From an uncultured Planctomycetales bacterium (GTDB taxonomy: Bacteria > Planctomycetota > Phycisphaerae > UBA1845 > PWPN01), in assembly GCA_964579675.1 (NCBI GenBank), contig CAZOIA010000038.1:1-35109 (forward strand): DNA of 35,109 nucleotides, given 5' to 3'. Below, in pieces: positions 1-9,646 of the stretch; within the stretch, counting starts at the first letter, position 1; every line of letters begins with the position of its first letter. Made by a program: the position numbers and the translations under genes. Below the pieces are notes generated by a model, which saw only the letters and a program-made list of their open reading frames with translations, searched no databases and was not told where the DNA came from.

Positions 1-1076
1 TCATCGGCATCAAGGGCAAGTACACCGACGTGATCGAGATCCTCCGTCCGAAGCTGCCTGAGGGCATGCGGATCGTGGAGCTGCGCGACAGCTACCCGAG
101 CGGCGACGAGTTCATCCTGGTCTACGACGTCACCAGGCGGATCATCCCACCGGGTAAGATTCCGCTTGCGGTGGGCGTGGTGGTGACCAACGTGGAGACG
201 GCTTACAACGTCGCCCGGGGGCAGCCGGTGACCGAAAAGTTCCTCACCGTCGCCGGAGCGGTGAAAACGCCGGTTACCATCCGGGTGCCGGTCGGCGTGA
301 GCTATCGCGAGGCGATCGACCTGGCCGGCGGGGCGACGGTGCCGGACCCGGTGGTACTCCTTGGCGGCGTGATGATGGGACAGCTCGCGACCGACCTGGA
401 TGGGCCGATCACCAAAACCACCGGCGGGTTGATCGTGCTCGGGCGGGACCACCCGCTCGTTAATCGTTACTCCCGGTCGTGGGAGGCCGTCGCCCGCATC
501 GGGGCCAGTGCCTGCGATCAGTGCTCGTTCTGCACGGAGTTCTGCCCGCGGTACCTGCTCGGTCATCCGATCGAGCCGCACAAGGCGATGCGTTCGCTGG
601 GGTTCAGCATGACGGCCGAGGCCAGCGTGATCGGCACGCAGTTCTGCTGCGAATGCAACCTGTGCACGATGATGGCCTGCCCGGAGGATCTCGACCCCAA
701 GAACGTGTGCACCCAGAACAAGCGCCGGCTCGCTGCTGAGGGCAGTCCCTGGGAGGTTGACGCGGACCCGGTCCGGGCCGAGCTTCATCTGAACGATCGT
801 CGCGTGCCGGTCGCCCGGCTGATCCGCAAGCTCGGGCTGTCGCAATTCGAGAATGCCGGGCCGCTGCACGACGGGCGTTACGAGCCGCCGCGGGTCACGC
901 TGCCCTTGAAGCAGCATGTCGGTGCACCAGCTACCCCGACCGTGAACGTGGGCGACCAGGTCAGCATCGGCGATGTCGTTGCCCGGCCCGCCGACGGCGC
1001 GCTCGGGGCCGTCATTCATGCGAGCATCGCCGGTCGGGTCAGTTCCGTGGCGGACTCGATTGTTATTGAGGCATGA
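1..1076 (+). CDS. pduS: PduS-like RnfC-family [4Fe-4S] flavoprotein, 5'-truncated at the window edge
   Basis: The reading frame is open back to nt 3 (IGIKGKYTDVIEIL...), so the gene starts upstream of the window. It has an SLBB-like segment (VTIRVPVGVSYREAIDLAGG) and two ferredoxin-type Cys clusters, CDQCSFCTEFCP and CCECNLCTMMACP. The stop lies 4 nt before a PduT-like shell gene. Coding GC3 is high. Confidence 0.7.
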   Translation, partial: IGIKGKYTDVIEILRPKLPEGMRIVELRDSYPSGDEFILVYDVTRRIIPPGKIPLAVGVVVTNVETAYNVARGQPVTEKFLTVAGAVKTPVTIRVPVGVSYREAIDLAGGATVPDPVVLLGGVMMGQLATDLDGPITKTTGGLIVLGRDHPLVNRYSRSWEAVARIGASACDQCSFCTEFCPRYLLGHPIEPHKAMRSLGFSMTAEASVIGTQFCCECNLCTMMACPEDLDPKNVCTQNKRRLAAEGSPWEVDADPVRAELHLNDRRVPVARLIRKLGLSQFENAGPLHDGRYEPPRVTLPLKQHVGAPATPTVNVGDQVSIGDVVARPADGALGAVIHASIAGRVSSVADSIVIEA

Positions 1077-1080
1077 CACC

Positions 1081-1635
1081 ATGCGTGAAGCCATCGGCAT
1101 GATCGAACTGACCAGCGTAGGCGTCGGGTATCAGGTCCAGGACACGATGCTCAAGGCGGCGGACGTGGACCTGGTGCTGGGGCGGACGATCTGCTCGGGC
1201 AAGTACATCAACGTGGTGACGGGCGACGTGGCCGGCGTGGAAGCGAGCGTGGCCGCCGGGCTGAGTGCTGCTCCCGACGGCGTGATCGATCACATCACGA
1301 TCGCCAACGTGCACGAGAGCGTGTTCCCGGCGCTGGGTCAATCGGTTCAGCTCTCCCCGGAGGAGGCCGGCGCCCTGGGCATCGTCGAGACCTACTCGGC
1401 GGCCAGCGTTCTCGAAGCCGCCGACGCGGCCGCCAAAGCCGCCGCCGTCACGCTGTTCCGCATCCACCTGGCAATGGCCCTGGGAGGTAAAGGATTCATG
1501 CTGATGACCGGCTCGGTCGCCAATTGCCGGACCGGCGTGGACGTCGCCGCCGAAGTGGCCCGCGCCAAGGGCCTGCTCGTATCCGCGGTGGTCATCCCCG
1601 GACCGAGCAAGGAACTCTACCAGGAGTACATTTGA
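1081..1635 (+). CDS. pduT: BMC-T shell protein with tandem BMC domains, PduT-like, with a candidate FeS-ligating Cys
   Basis: ATG at 1081 is preceded by a GAGG-type RBS. There are two BMC-domain repeats, EAIGMIELTSVGVGYQVQDTMLKAADVDLV and ALGIVETYSAASVLEAADAAAKAAAVTLFRIHLAMALGGK. The TICSGK motif corresponds to the PduT Cys that ligates a [4Fe-4S] cluster at the trimer pore. The C-terminus VVIPGPSKEL resembles PduT. Confidence 0.8.
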   Translation: MREAIGMIELTSVGVGYQVQDTMLKAADVDLVLGRTICSGKYINVVTGDVAGVEASVAAGLSAAPDGVIDHITIANVHESVFPALGQSVQLSPEEAGALGIVETYSAASVLEAADAAAKAAAVTLFRIHLAMALGGKGFMLMTGSVANCRTGVDVAAEVARAKGLLVSAVVIPGPSKELYQEYI

Positions 1636-1749
1636 TTCCTGACCGGATCATTCTCACTGCTCCCAGGCTGACATTTGCCGCCCGGGGGCCGGTTCTGGTA
1701 TCATGCTCCACCGCCACCGGAAAGGTCGAGGCCAGGGAGTCTTTCGATA

Positions 1750-2160
1750 ATGGCTGCTGGGCGGATCGCTTGTCTGATTGCGCTGACCATGGTCGCGAGC
1801 ACGCTGCCGGCTAACGTTTGGCCGGCGCCGGCGGCGCGGGCCGACGATGAATCGGCGCCCGGGTCCCGCCCCGACACGACCGTATCCCACGAACCGGACA
1901 AGAGCGAGGACGACGACTCGTCCTCCACGCTCCAGATCACCCTGAACGCCGATGTTTGGGACGGAGGCTCGGCGCGGTCCCCGGGTGCCGGGCCAGCTCT
2001 GCTTGTAGTGGCATCCCTGCCGCCGCCCGATCCCGGCCCGGGCACGGGTCCGGCTGATCCCGACACGTTCACCGGCATCGAGGCGCCGACGCCGGGCGAA
2101 CGATCGCAGCGACGCTGGCTCACTTGTCGATACGCTCACGCTCCCCCCGTCGGCGGCTGA
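1750..2160 (+). CDS. hypothetical small secreted acidic Pro/Gly-rich protein
   Basis: ATG at 1750 begins a signal-peptide-like N-terminus (MAAGRIACLIALTMVASTLPANVWPAPAARA). GC3 is high in this frame. The mature part is low-complexity D/E/S/P/G-rich. Competing antisense ORFs look like GC artefacts. Confidence 0.35.
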   Translation: MAAGRIACLIALTMVASTLPANVWPAPAARADDESAPGSRPDTTVSHEPDKSEDDDSSSTLQITLNADVWDGGSARSPGAGPALLVVASLPPPDPGPGTGPADPDTFTGIEAPTPGERSQRRWLTCRYAHAPPVGG

Positions 2161-2308
2161 ACCGTCGAGCGGCCGGAACCACCGGCACAAGAAATCTTTC
2201 GCAAGGTTTCCGAGCGCCACGCACTGCTTTCCGACGTCGCCGGTCAGAGCGCTCGGAGCATCGGGCCCACAAGATTCATGATACTTCTAGAATAGTCGAG
2301 GAACGCTC

Positions 2309-5300
2309 ATGGGCGAGAAGGATCTCTGGTTGAAACTGGGTTTGATCGTCTTGCTGGTCGGGATGTGTGCCTGGCTGCTCTATCCGCCGGGCAAGCGTCT
2401 GAAGCCTGGAATTGACCTGGGCGGCGGCCACAGCCTTCTTTTCGAGATCGACGACACGGACGATAAGAGCGCCGACCTGGCGGAGCGGGTGATGGGGGTC
2501 CTCAAGAACCGGGTCGACCCTCAGGGCAACCGGAATCTCGTGTGGCGTCCGATCGGACGCAATCGGCTCGAGATCCAGATGCCCCGCCCTCCGAAGGGTC
2601 AGAAGAATCGGCGAGAGGCCTACGACAACGCTCGGGCCCGGTTGCGCGACACCAACATTACCGAATTGCAGATCCGCAGGGCCCTGGCCTTTCCCGCCGA
2701 TCAGCGCGACGCGGCCTTCAGGAAGATGGTAGGCCCGTACGCGTCACGCAAGACCCTGTTCGATAAGCTGGCCGAGGCGGATGAAGAGTACAGGCAGCTC
2801 AGCGAGCAGTACGGCCGTTTGGGGCCTCCCGCCACCCAGCCGGCAACCCGCCCCGCAACGAAACCCGCCAGCCGGCCGGAAACGCACGTCGCCACGAAAC
2901 CGGCAACGCAAGCCGCAACCCAACCCACGACGCAACCGGACCGGAGTCAGCTCGCCCTCAGAACGGACGAGGCGTTCGTCAGGCGAGAGGCACTCATCCA
3001 GGACCTCCTCGCGACGAATCTCGATCCGCGCGTGCTCGGCGACCTGCTCGAGCTGGGCCAAGGGGACAAAGTCCGCAGGGAAGCCATTCGGAAACTGAGA
3101 AACGCCCATCCGGATCTGGCGGCGCTGATTGACGAGATGAGGGATGCGTACGACAGGTATGCGGCGGACAAGGGCATTCTCGACGACCCGTCCGATCTGA
3201 TTCGATTGCTCCGAGGTGCGGGTGTACTGGAGTTCCGCATTCTCGCCACCCTCGACCCGGGCCACCGGGACATGATCGATTCGTCCGATCGCAAATACAA
3301 CGAGCCGGTCTCCAAGTACGTTGAGCAGCTCGCCAAGTTCGGGCCGCGGCCGCAGTCGGGAGACAACTTCGAGTGGTTCAGGATCGCCGAGCGGGAGGTG
3401 GAAAGTTTCACGGACCCGCGGCTGCTCTATGTCGTCCAGGAATACGCGGGGGCCAAGTACGTACTGGCCCACAGTACGAAGGACATGGGCCTGCTCAAAG
3501 ACATGGACTGGTCGCTCCGCAGCGCCCGCCGGGGCCGGGACAGCGTCGGCCGGATCGCCATCAACTTCAGACTCGCCGGCAAAGGCCCCAGGCTGTTCGG
3601 TGCGCTGACCAGCAGCAACCTCAAGCGCTCCTTGTGCATCTTCCTCGACGAGCAGGCGATCTCGTCCGCCAACATCAAGAGCGCGATCTACGACAGTGGC
3701 CAGATTACCGGCAGCTTCACCGAGGAATACGTCGCTTACCTGGTCAACACGCTCGAAGCGGGGGCGTTGCCTGCCCGCCTGAAGGAGGTGCCGCTGCAGG
3801 AAAAGAGCATCGGACCGGCCCTGGGTGAAACCAACCGCCGCATGGGCCAGCAGGCGATCATCATCGCCTTTATTATCACCATCGCCTTCATGGCGGTCTA
3901 CTACATGTACACCGGATTCATCGCCGACATCGCCCTGCTCATGAACCTGGTCATCACGTTGGGGGTCATGTCGTTCCTGCAGGCGACGTTCACGCTGCCC
4001 GGCATCGCGGGCCTGGTCCTGACGCTGGGGATGGCGGTGGACGCCAACGTGCTGATTTACGAACGTATTCGGGAGGAGCTCCAGCGAGGGGTGTCGGTGC
4101 GGATGGCGGTGAAGCTGGGCTACGAGAGGGCCTTCAGTGCCATTCTCGACTCGAACGTCACCACGATCATCACGGCGGTCATCCTCGGCTCGCTGGGCAG
4201 CGAGGAGATCAAGGGCTTCGGGCTGACGCTGGGTATCGGCCTGTGCACGAGCATGTTCACCGCGCTGTTCGTAACGCGGCAGTTCCTCAACATCATGGTG
4301 CCCAGGACGCTCAACACCGAGGAGACCCGGCGGGCGTGGCTCGGGACCGGGATCCTGGTGCTGGCCGGCGCGGTGATCCTGGGGCTGGGGTACCTCTTCA
4401 ACGCACCCGGGGAACTGGGCGAGTCGGCCCTGTTCGGCCTCGGCAAGTTCGGCGCGTGGATTGCGGCAACGGCGGTCATTCTCATGGTCTGCCTCTGGGC
4501 GTTCCGTCTGGCCTACCGCGGCCTGGGCTATCAGAATGCCAACCGTCTGCCCATGCTGAGACTCTTCAGCGAGCCCACGATCAACTGGATGAGGAAATAC
4601 CGCGTGTTCTGGACGGCTTCGGCGATGGTCATCGCCCTGGGCCTGGTCTTCGAGGCACACGTCGATAAGAAGGACTATCTGGACATCGAGTTCATCGGCG
4701 GCACGAGCGTGCAGGTCGAGATGAACCAGGACAACCAGGACATAACCGACGAGGACCTGATCAACAAGTACATCTACAACAGCGACGCCGGGCAGAACGA
4801 TCCGGCCCACTCGGTGGGCTGGTTGAATCATGCCGCCGACGTGCTGGACAAAGCCGCGGTCAGCGCTGCCGGAGACGATCGTTTCCTGCTCTCAACGCCC
4901 CAGAAGCTGACGACCGCTCAAATGCAGGCCCTGTTGCTGCCCGTGTTCGAGAAACACGTCGTCAGAGGTGGGATCACTGGAGTCGAGGACGGCAGCGGCG
5001 TGGCGGTCACCATCAAACCCCCTCAGGCCGAAAAGCGACTGTTTGACATGGGTCCCGAGTTCGAGGGCGATCTGGAGGGTGGCGCCATCTCAGGGAACCT
5101 GCGGGCGAAGTTCGCAGACGGCGGCGAGACGCTTTCACCGGAGGCCACCATCTCGATCGAGGAGCCGGACCGCAGATGGCTGATAACTGATCATGCCTGG
5201 CGCTACCCCGTGATACGAGAAGGGGACGCGCTCGTCGCGTACAAGATGCGCGTCCTGGATCAGGCCGGCGTCGAAGACCTGGTCAGGCAAGCCGCTGAGT

Positions 5301-6673
5301 ATGTTCGCTCGGCGGCGAACAGGCTCCGCGGCGCGCGAGTCCAACTCGTGGAAGAGGAAACGGGCAAGGGCGAAACCCGCACGGCTTTCGAGATCATCAC
5401 GACCGAAACCAGGCGAACCCTGGTGGCTGAAGCGCTGCTTGCCTCGATGAGCGAGATCCTCGAGGTCACCCGGTCGATCGAGGCTGCTCTGGTTAAGGAC
5501 TTAGACCGGGCCCCCGACGGGATTTTCCCCATCACTCAGGACGCCAACGTTTTGCCGGACGTCGTCGGCGAAGACATCGGCGGCGTTCAAGAGCCGATCG
5601 CGACCTTCAAAGGCGGGGTGGTCCTGGTGTTCGAGGGCCTGTCCCCGCCGCAGACCACGGGCCAGGTCGAGCAGCGGCTGCGCGAGATGCGACTCCAGCC
5701 GGACTTCGAGGGAGCCTCCTGGCGGGACCAGGTCAAGGTGGTCGGATTGGAACCGGCCGATCAGGGCGCGCCACTGACGGGCAATACTCCGTTCAGAAAG
5801 GTCGCGATTGTCGTGAACGATCCCAGGCTGCCCTACGTGGAGGGCGAAGAAAACGCCACCTGGCGAAGCCAGATAGCCGAGACGGAACTTAATCTGGCCG
5901 AGGCCGCCTTCGCCAGCACCCGGTCCCTCCAGCGCGTCACCCAGTTCGCCCCGCAGGTCGCCCAGGAGGCCACCACCAAGGCGATCATCGCGATTCTTCT
6001 TTCGCTGCTGTTCATCGCCGGGTACATCTGGGTGCGGTTCGGCTCGATCCAGTTTGGGTTGGCGGGTATCATCGCGCTGTACCACGACGTGGCCGTCACC
6101 CTCGCCTGCGTGATGGCCTGCCATCACCTGCATGACACCGCCATCGGCAAGCTGCTCATGCTGCAGGATTTCAAGATCGACCTGGCCATGATCGCGGCGT
6201 TCCTGACCATCGTCGGTTACTCGATCAACGACACGATTGTTATCTTCGACCGGATCCGCGAGAACCGCGGCCGACTGGCCACCGTCTCGGAGTCGTTGAT
6301 CAACAACTCGCTCAACCAGACCCTTTCGCGAACGATCATCACGTCATTGACTACGTTCATGGTGGTCGTGGTCATGTACGTCGCGGGCGGCACGGGCATC
6401 CACGGTTTTGCGTTCGCGATGATCGTGGGCACGGTGAGCGGCACGTACAGCACGCTCGCCATTGCCACGCCGATGCTGCACCACCCGCGGGCGATGTGGG
6501 TCGTCACGATCATCCTGGCCGGCCTGACGGCGATCGGGCTGGTTTCGCTGGTCCCGCTGGCTCCGGTAAGGTATACGCTGATGGCGATCATCGCCGCGGT
6601 GGCCCTGCTCGGACTGGTCAGACAACTTGTCGCGATAAGGGAGGTGCCAGTCCGGCGGCCGGCCACGGCCTGA
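2309..6673 (+). CDS. secDF: protein translocase subunit SecDF (fused), unusually long with periplasmic insertions
   Basis: ATG at 2309 has a GAGGAA RBS 7 nt upstream. The SecD N-terminus carries GIDLGGGHSLLFEID. The SecD C-terminal TM block carries GMAVDANVLIYERIREE. The SecF part carries IEFIGGTSVQVEM and INDTIVIFDRIREN. The 1454-aa length comes from large insertions in the periplasmic head domains. Confidence 0.9.
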   Translation: MGEKDLWLKLGLIVLLVGMCAWLLYPPGKRLKPGIDLGGGHSLLFEIDDTDDKSADLAERVMGVLKNRVDPQGNRNLVWRPIGRNRLEIQMPRPPKGQKNRREAYDNARARLRDTNITELQIRRALAFPADQRDAAFRKMVGPYASRKTLFDKLAEADEEYRQLSEQYGRLGPPATQPATRPATKPASRPETHVATKPATQAATQPTTQPDRSQLALRTDEAFVRREALIQDLLATNLDPRVLGDLLELGQGDKVRREAIRKLRNAHPDLAALIDEMRDAYDRYAADKGILDDPSDLIRLLRGAGVLEFRILATLDPGHRDMIDSSDRKYNEPVSKYVEQLAKFGPRPQSGDNFEWFRIAEREVESFTDPRLLYVVQEYAGAKYVLAHSTKDMGLLKDMDWSLRSARRGRDSVGRIAINFRLAGKGPRLFGALTSSNLKRSLCIFLDEQAISSANIKSAIYDSGQITGSFTEEYVAYLVNTLEAGALPARLKEVPLQEKSIGPALGETNRRMGQQAIIIAFIITIAFMAVYYMYTGFIADIALLMNLVITLGVMSFLQATFTLPGIAGLVLTLGMAVDANVLIYERIREELQRGVSVRMAVKLGYERAFSAILDSNVTTIITAVILGSLGSEEIKGFGLTLGIGLCTSMFTALFVTRQFLNIMVPRTLNTEETRRAWLGTGILVLAGAVILGLGYLFNAPGELGESALFGLGKFGAWIAATAVILMVCLWAFRLAYRGLGYQNANRLPMLRLFSEPTINWMRKYRVFWTASAMVIALGLVFEAHVDKKDYLDIEFIGGTSVQVEMNQDNQDITDEDLINKYIYNSDAGQNDPAHSVGWLNHAADVLDKAAVSAAGDDRFLLSTPQKLTTAQMQALLLPVFEKHVVRGGITGVEDGSGVAVTIKPPQAEKRLFDMGPEFEGDLEGGAISGNLRAKFADGGETLSPEATISIEEPDRRWLITDHAWRYPVIREGDALVAYKMRVLDQAGVEDLVRQAAEYVRSAANRLRGARVQLVEEETGKGETRTAFEIITTETRRTLVAEALLASMSEILEVTRSIEAALVKDLDRAPDGIFPITQDANVLPDVVGEDIGGVQEPIATFKGGVVLVFEGLSPPQTTGQVEQRLREMRLQPDFEGASWRDQVKVVGLEPADQGAPLTGNTPFRKVAIVVNDPRLPYVEGEENATWRSQIAETELNLAEAAFASTRSLQRVTQFAPQVAQEATTKAIIAILLSLLFIAGYIWVRFGSIQFGLAGIIALYHDVAVTLACVMACHHLHDTAIGKLLMLQDFKIDLAMIAAFLTIVGYSINDTIVIFDRIRENRGRLATVSESLINNSLNQTLSRTIITSLTTFMVVVVMYVAGGTGIHGFAFAMIVGTVSGTYSTLAIATPMLHHPRAMWVVTIILAGLTAIGLVSLVPLAPVRYTLMAIIAAVALLGLVRQLVAIREVPVRRPATA
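2828..2940 (+). repeat. in-frame degenerate ~12-nt tandem repeat encoding (A/T)-(T/K)-(Q/R)-P-A low-complexity insertion in SecD P1 domain
   Basis: The nucleotide sequence gccacccagccggcaacccgccccgcaacgaaacccgccagccgg... is periodic. It encodes PATQPATRPATKPASRPETHVATKPATQAATQPTTQP. Confidence 0.7.
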
Positions 6674-6724
6674 GACGGTGACGGAACATACGATCCGCCC
6701 GAGGAACCGTGCCGGGAGCGCGTC

Positions 6725-8125
6725 ATGCTGGAAGCGGTGTTCATGATCATCGGACTGGCGGCCGGAGGCGTGGTCGCCTGGCTCTGGGCGTCCAGCCGAT
6801 CGCGGTTCGCGGCAGCCCGCGAACTGGCTGAACGCCAATCGCAGGTTGCCGCAGCCGAAAGCACCACCAATGAGCTCCGCCAGCAGCTCGCCCAGCGCGA
6901 CGCGACTCTGACCTCCACCCGCGGGCAACTCGACGCCGAACGGGAGGCGCGCGTCACCGTCGAAACGCGACTCGAGGAAACCGCCAAGAAGTTCGACGAG
7001 CAGCGACAACTGCTGGCCGAGGCGGAGAAGAAGCTCGGCGAATCGTTCGAGTCCCTATCGGCCAAGGCCCTGCGAGCCAACGCCGAACAGTTCCTCACTT
7101 CCGCCAAGAAGACCCTGGACACCATCCTGGCTGACGCCCGGGGCAACCTCGGCAAGCACCAGGAGGCGATCAACGGCCTGGTCAAACCCCTGGTCGAATC
7201 GCTCAAGCGGTACGAAGAACAGGTCCGGGCCCTCGAACAGAGCCGCCAGAAGGCCTACGGCTCACTGTCCGAGCAGGTCAAGATGCTGACCACCACCAGC
7301 CAGCAGCTCCAGCAGGAAACGGGCAAGCTGGTCACGTCACTTCGCGACCCCAAGGTCCGGGGGCGATGGGGCGAGATCGCCCTTCGCCGGTCGGCCGAGC
7401 TGGCCGGTATGTCTGAGTACTGCGACTTCGAGCAGCAGGTGACCATCGCCGGCAGCGAGGGGGACCGGTTCCGCCCCGACATGGTTGTGCACCTGCCCGG
7501 CGGGCGGAGCGTGGTGGTGGACGCCAAAGTGGTCCTCGATGCTTACCTCGAGGCCGTCGCCGCCACTGACGAAGCGACCCGGCAGAAACACCTGAGCCGA
7601 CACGCCACTCAAATCCGCAGCCGCATCCGGGAGTTGGCCTCCAAGAGCTACTGGAACAAGCTCGGCACCACGCCGGAGTTCGTCGTGCTGTTCCTGCCCG
7701 CCGAATCGTTCTTCAGCGCCGCGGTGGAGATCGATCACACGTTGATCGAAGATGCGATCGCCCATCGGGTCGTGCTGGCGTCTCCTACCACATTGATCGC
7801 CCTGCTGCGGGCCATTGCGTATGGGTGGCGGCAGGAGCAGATTGCCGAGAATGCCGAGAGAATAAGCCAACTTGGCCGGGACCTGTACGACCGGATGCGA
7901 ACGCTGATGGAACACGTGGCGGGCATCGGCGGCGGGCTCGGGCGCGCGGTTGACGCGTACAACCAGACGGTGGGCTCGCTGGAAACCAGGCTTCTGCCGG
8001 CGGCCCGGAAGTTCAAGGAGCTCGGAGCCGCCTCCGGTAAAGACATTCCGGAGATCGAACCCGTGGGGCGCCTCCCCCGCCAGTTGGACACCTCCGGCCC
8101 GGAAGACCCGACGAAACCGACATGA
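6725..8125 (+). CDS. rmuC: DNA recombination protein RmuC
   Basis: There is an N-terminal TM anchor ([22 protein letters not shown]), a long coiled-coil region, and a C-terminal RmuC nuclease-like core ([30 protein letters not shown]...[10 protein letters not shown]). Confidence 0.85.
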   Translation: MLEAVFMIIGLAAGGVVAWLWASSRSRFAAARELAERQSQVAAAESTTNELRQQLAQRDATLTSTRGQLDAEREARVTVETRLEETAKKFDEQRQLLAEAEKKLGESFESLSAKALRANAEQFLTSAKKTLDTILADARGNLGKHQEAINGLVKPLVESLKRYEEQVRALEQSRQKAYGSLSEQVKMLTTTSQQLQQETGKLVTSLRDPKVRGRWGEIALRRSAELAGMSEYCDFEQQVTIAGSEGDRFRPDMVVHLPGGRSVVVDAKVVLDAYLEAVAATDEATRQKHLSRHATQIRSRIRELASKSYWNKLGTTPEFVVLFLPAESFFSAAVEIDHTLIEDAIAHRVVLASPTTLIALLRAIAYGWRQEQIAENAERISQLGRDLYDRMRTLMEHVAGIGGGLGRAVDAYNQTVGSLETRLLPAARKFKELGAASGKDIPEIEPVGRLPRQLDTSGPEDPTKPT

Positions 8126-8169
8126 ACTCGGTCCACGCCGAGGGCGCTCCCGAGCCCGGTGCCACGCTC

Positions 8170-8619
8170 TCAGAACGTTCGCTTGGAATCGAGCAGGATG
8201 CACACGGGCCCGTCGTTGACGCTGGAGACGTCCATGTGGGCCCGAAACACGCCGCGAGCGACGGGAAGACCGGTCGCCGCCAGCTCCCCGCACAGTCGGT
8301 CGTAAAGCGACTCGGCCAACTCGGGCCCGGCGGCGGGATCGAACGACGGCCGGCGCCCCTTGCGGGCATCCGCCTGCAGGGCGAACGCGCTGATGACCAG
8401 AATGCCGCCGTCCACCTCCCCCACGCTCAGGTTCATCCTGCCGTCAGCATCGTTGAAGATGCGCAGCCCCGTGATCTTGCCGGCGACGTACTGCACGTCG
8501 GCCTCGCCGTCGTCCGCCGCCACCCCGACATACACGAGCAGGCCCCGGCCGATCGAGCCGACGACCCGCCCCTCGACGGTCACACTTGCCTGGGAGACTC
8601 GTTGAACGGTTGCGCGCAT
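8170..8619 (-). CDS. dtd: D-aminoacyl-tRNA deacylase
   Basis: ATG at 8619-8617 gives a 149-aa product: MRATVQRVSQASVTVEGRVVGSIGRGLLVYVGV...RMNLSVGEVDGGILVISAFALQADARKGRRPSFDPAAGPELAESLYDRL...SSVNDGPVCILLDS. This matches the classic Dtd signature (SQFTL/NDGPVT-like motifs). The longer upstream extension in the ORF track is low-complexity R/S-rich and probably untranslated. Confidence 0.85.
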   Translation of the reverse strand: MRATVQRVSQASVTVEGRVVGSIGRGLLVYVGVAADDGEADVQYVAGKITGLRIFNDADGRMNLSVGEVDGGILVISAFALQADARKGRRPSFDPAAGPELAESLYDRLCGELAATGLPVARGVFRAHMDVSSVNDGPVCILLDSKRTF

Positions 8620-8626
8620 GATTCCA

Positions 8627-9598
8627 TCAGCTACCGTCGTAGACGGCGGCCATCGCCCGGGTGTGCTCTCGAACGATCTTGCGGAGCTCGGCCGGCGCCT
8701 CGACGACCGCTTCCTTTCCATACCCCAGAACCCACCAGGCAATCTCCTCCACACCGTCCACGTCCACCTCATAAAGCATCGACTGATCGTCAAGGCTCTG
8801 GGTTTGCTGCGTCGGATGCCAGAGCACCTCCTCGACGTTGCGTGCCACCTTGGGCGAGAAGCGGATGCGGACATGACGGCGCCGGTTGCCGCGGATCATC
8901 TGCCAGGCATTGCCGAAGTAGGTTGCGGGGTCGAACTTCGGGTCCGGGCAAAAGTGTTTTCCCGTCGGCGTAATGGTAATGAGCCGGTCCAACTTGAAGG
9001 TGCGCGTCTCTTTGTGCATCGAGCTGTGGCCGATCACATACCATGCCCGGGAGACGAACATCAGCCGATAGGGATCAATGCGCGTCTGGATCTCGCGCTG
9101 CTCATAGTAGGAGTCGTAAACGACGTCCACGGAGTCCCGCTTGCGCGTCGCCTGCCACAGCAACTCGAATGGTTTCACCGTCCGCGCGGCATCCGCCATC
9201 GGCGTGTGCCGGACCTCGACCCGTTCGAGCGCGCTGCCGCAGAAATCCTGGATCGCTCCGGGCAATGTGCTCTCGATCTTCGTGGCCGCCCCGACGACGG
9301 CCTCGAAGTTCGGCAAGGCGGAACGAGAGCTGTACTTCTGCAGGACCATCATGAGGCCGAGTACCTCGGGCAGCGTGAAATTGACCGGCGGCAGGAAGAA
9401 ATCCCGCTCGATCGCGTAGGAACGGGCGGCGGCGTCAAAGATCAGCGGGACGCCCGCCAGCTTCAGCAGGTTCAGGTCGCGGAACAGGGTTCGGCGGCTG
9501 ACGTTGAGTTCGCGGGCCAGGTCATTAGCCAGGTACGGCCTGCGCGTTTGCAGCAGGGTGATGAGTTTGAGCAGGCGATGAACTCGGCTGACTTTCAC
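8627..9598 (-). CDS. HTH-WYL-WCX transcriptional regulator (YafY/PafBC/BrxR-like)
   Basis: The N-terminal wHTH reads RVHRLLKLITLLQTRRPYLANDLARELNVSRRTLFRDLNLLKLAGVPL. The WYL domain reads DSVDVVYDSYYEQREIQTRIDPYRLMFVSRAWYVIGHS. The C-terminal WCX-like segment reads EEIAWWVLGYGKEAVVEAPAELRKIV. The start is GTG. The stop lies 8 nt before the dtd start. Confidence 0.85.
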   Translation of the reverse strand: MKVSRVHRLLKLITLLQTRRPYLANDLARELNVSRRTLFRDLNLLKLAGVPLIFDAAARSYAIERDFFLPPVNFTLPEVLGLMMVLQKYSSRSALPNFEAVVGAATKIESTLPGAIQDFCGSALERVEVRHTPMADAARTVKPFELLWQATRKRDSVDVVYDSYYEQREIQTRIDPYRLMFVSRAWYVIGHSSMHKETRTFKLDRLITITPTGKHFCPDPKFDPATYFGNAWQMIRGNRRRHVRIRFSPKVARNVEEVLWHPTQQTQSLDDQSMLYEVDVDGVEEIAWWVLGYGKEAVVEAPAELRKIVREHTRAMAAVYDGS

Positions 9599-9646
9599 GC
9601 TCGGGCGCCTCGACGGAGGGTACCGGCCCCGGCGGGCGGGATCGCA

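Noticed and set aside
2744-4831. 695-aa minus-strand ORF
   Set aside because: It is antisense to secDF, whose SecD/SecF motifs are unambiguous. The translation is R/P/G/D-rich, typical of the GC3 mirror frame in a high-GC genome.
6217-7206. 329-aa minus-strand ORF spanning the secDF end and rmuC start, with nested 6344..7009
   Set aside because: It is antisense to two well-supported genes and spans their intergenic gap. The translation is S/R/A-rich and low-complexity.
7337-8293. 318-aa minus-strand ORF
   Set aside because: It is antisense to rmuC and has R/G/P-rich low-complexity composition.
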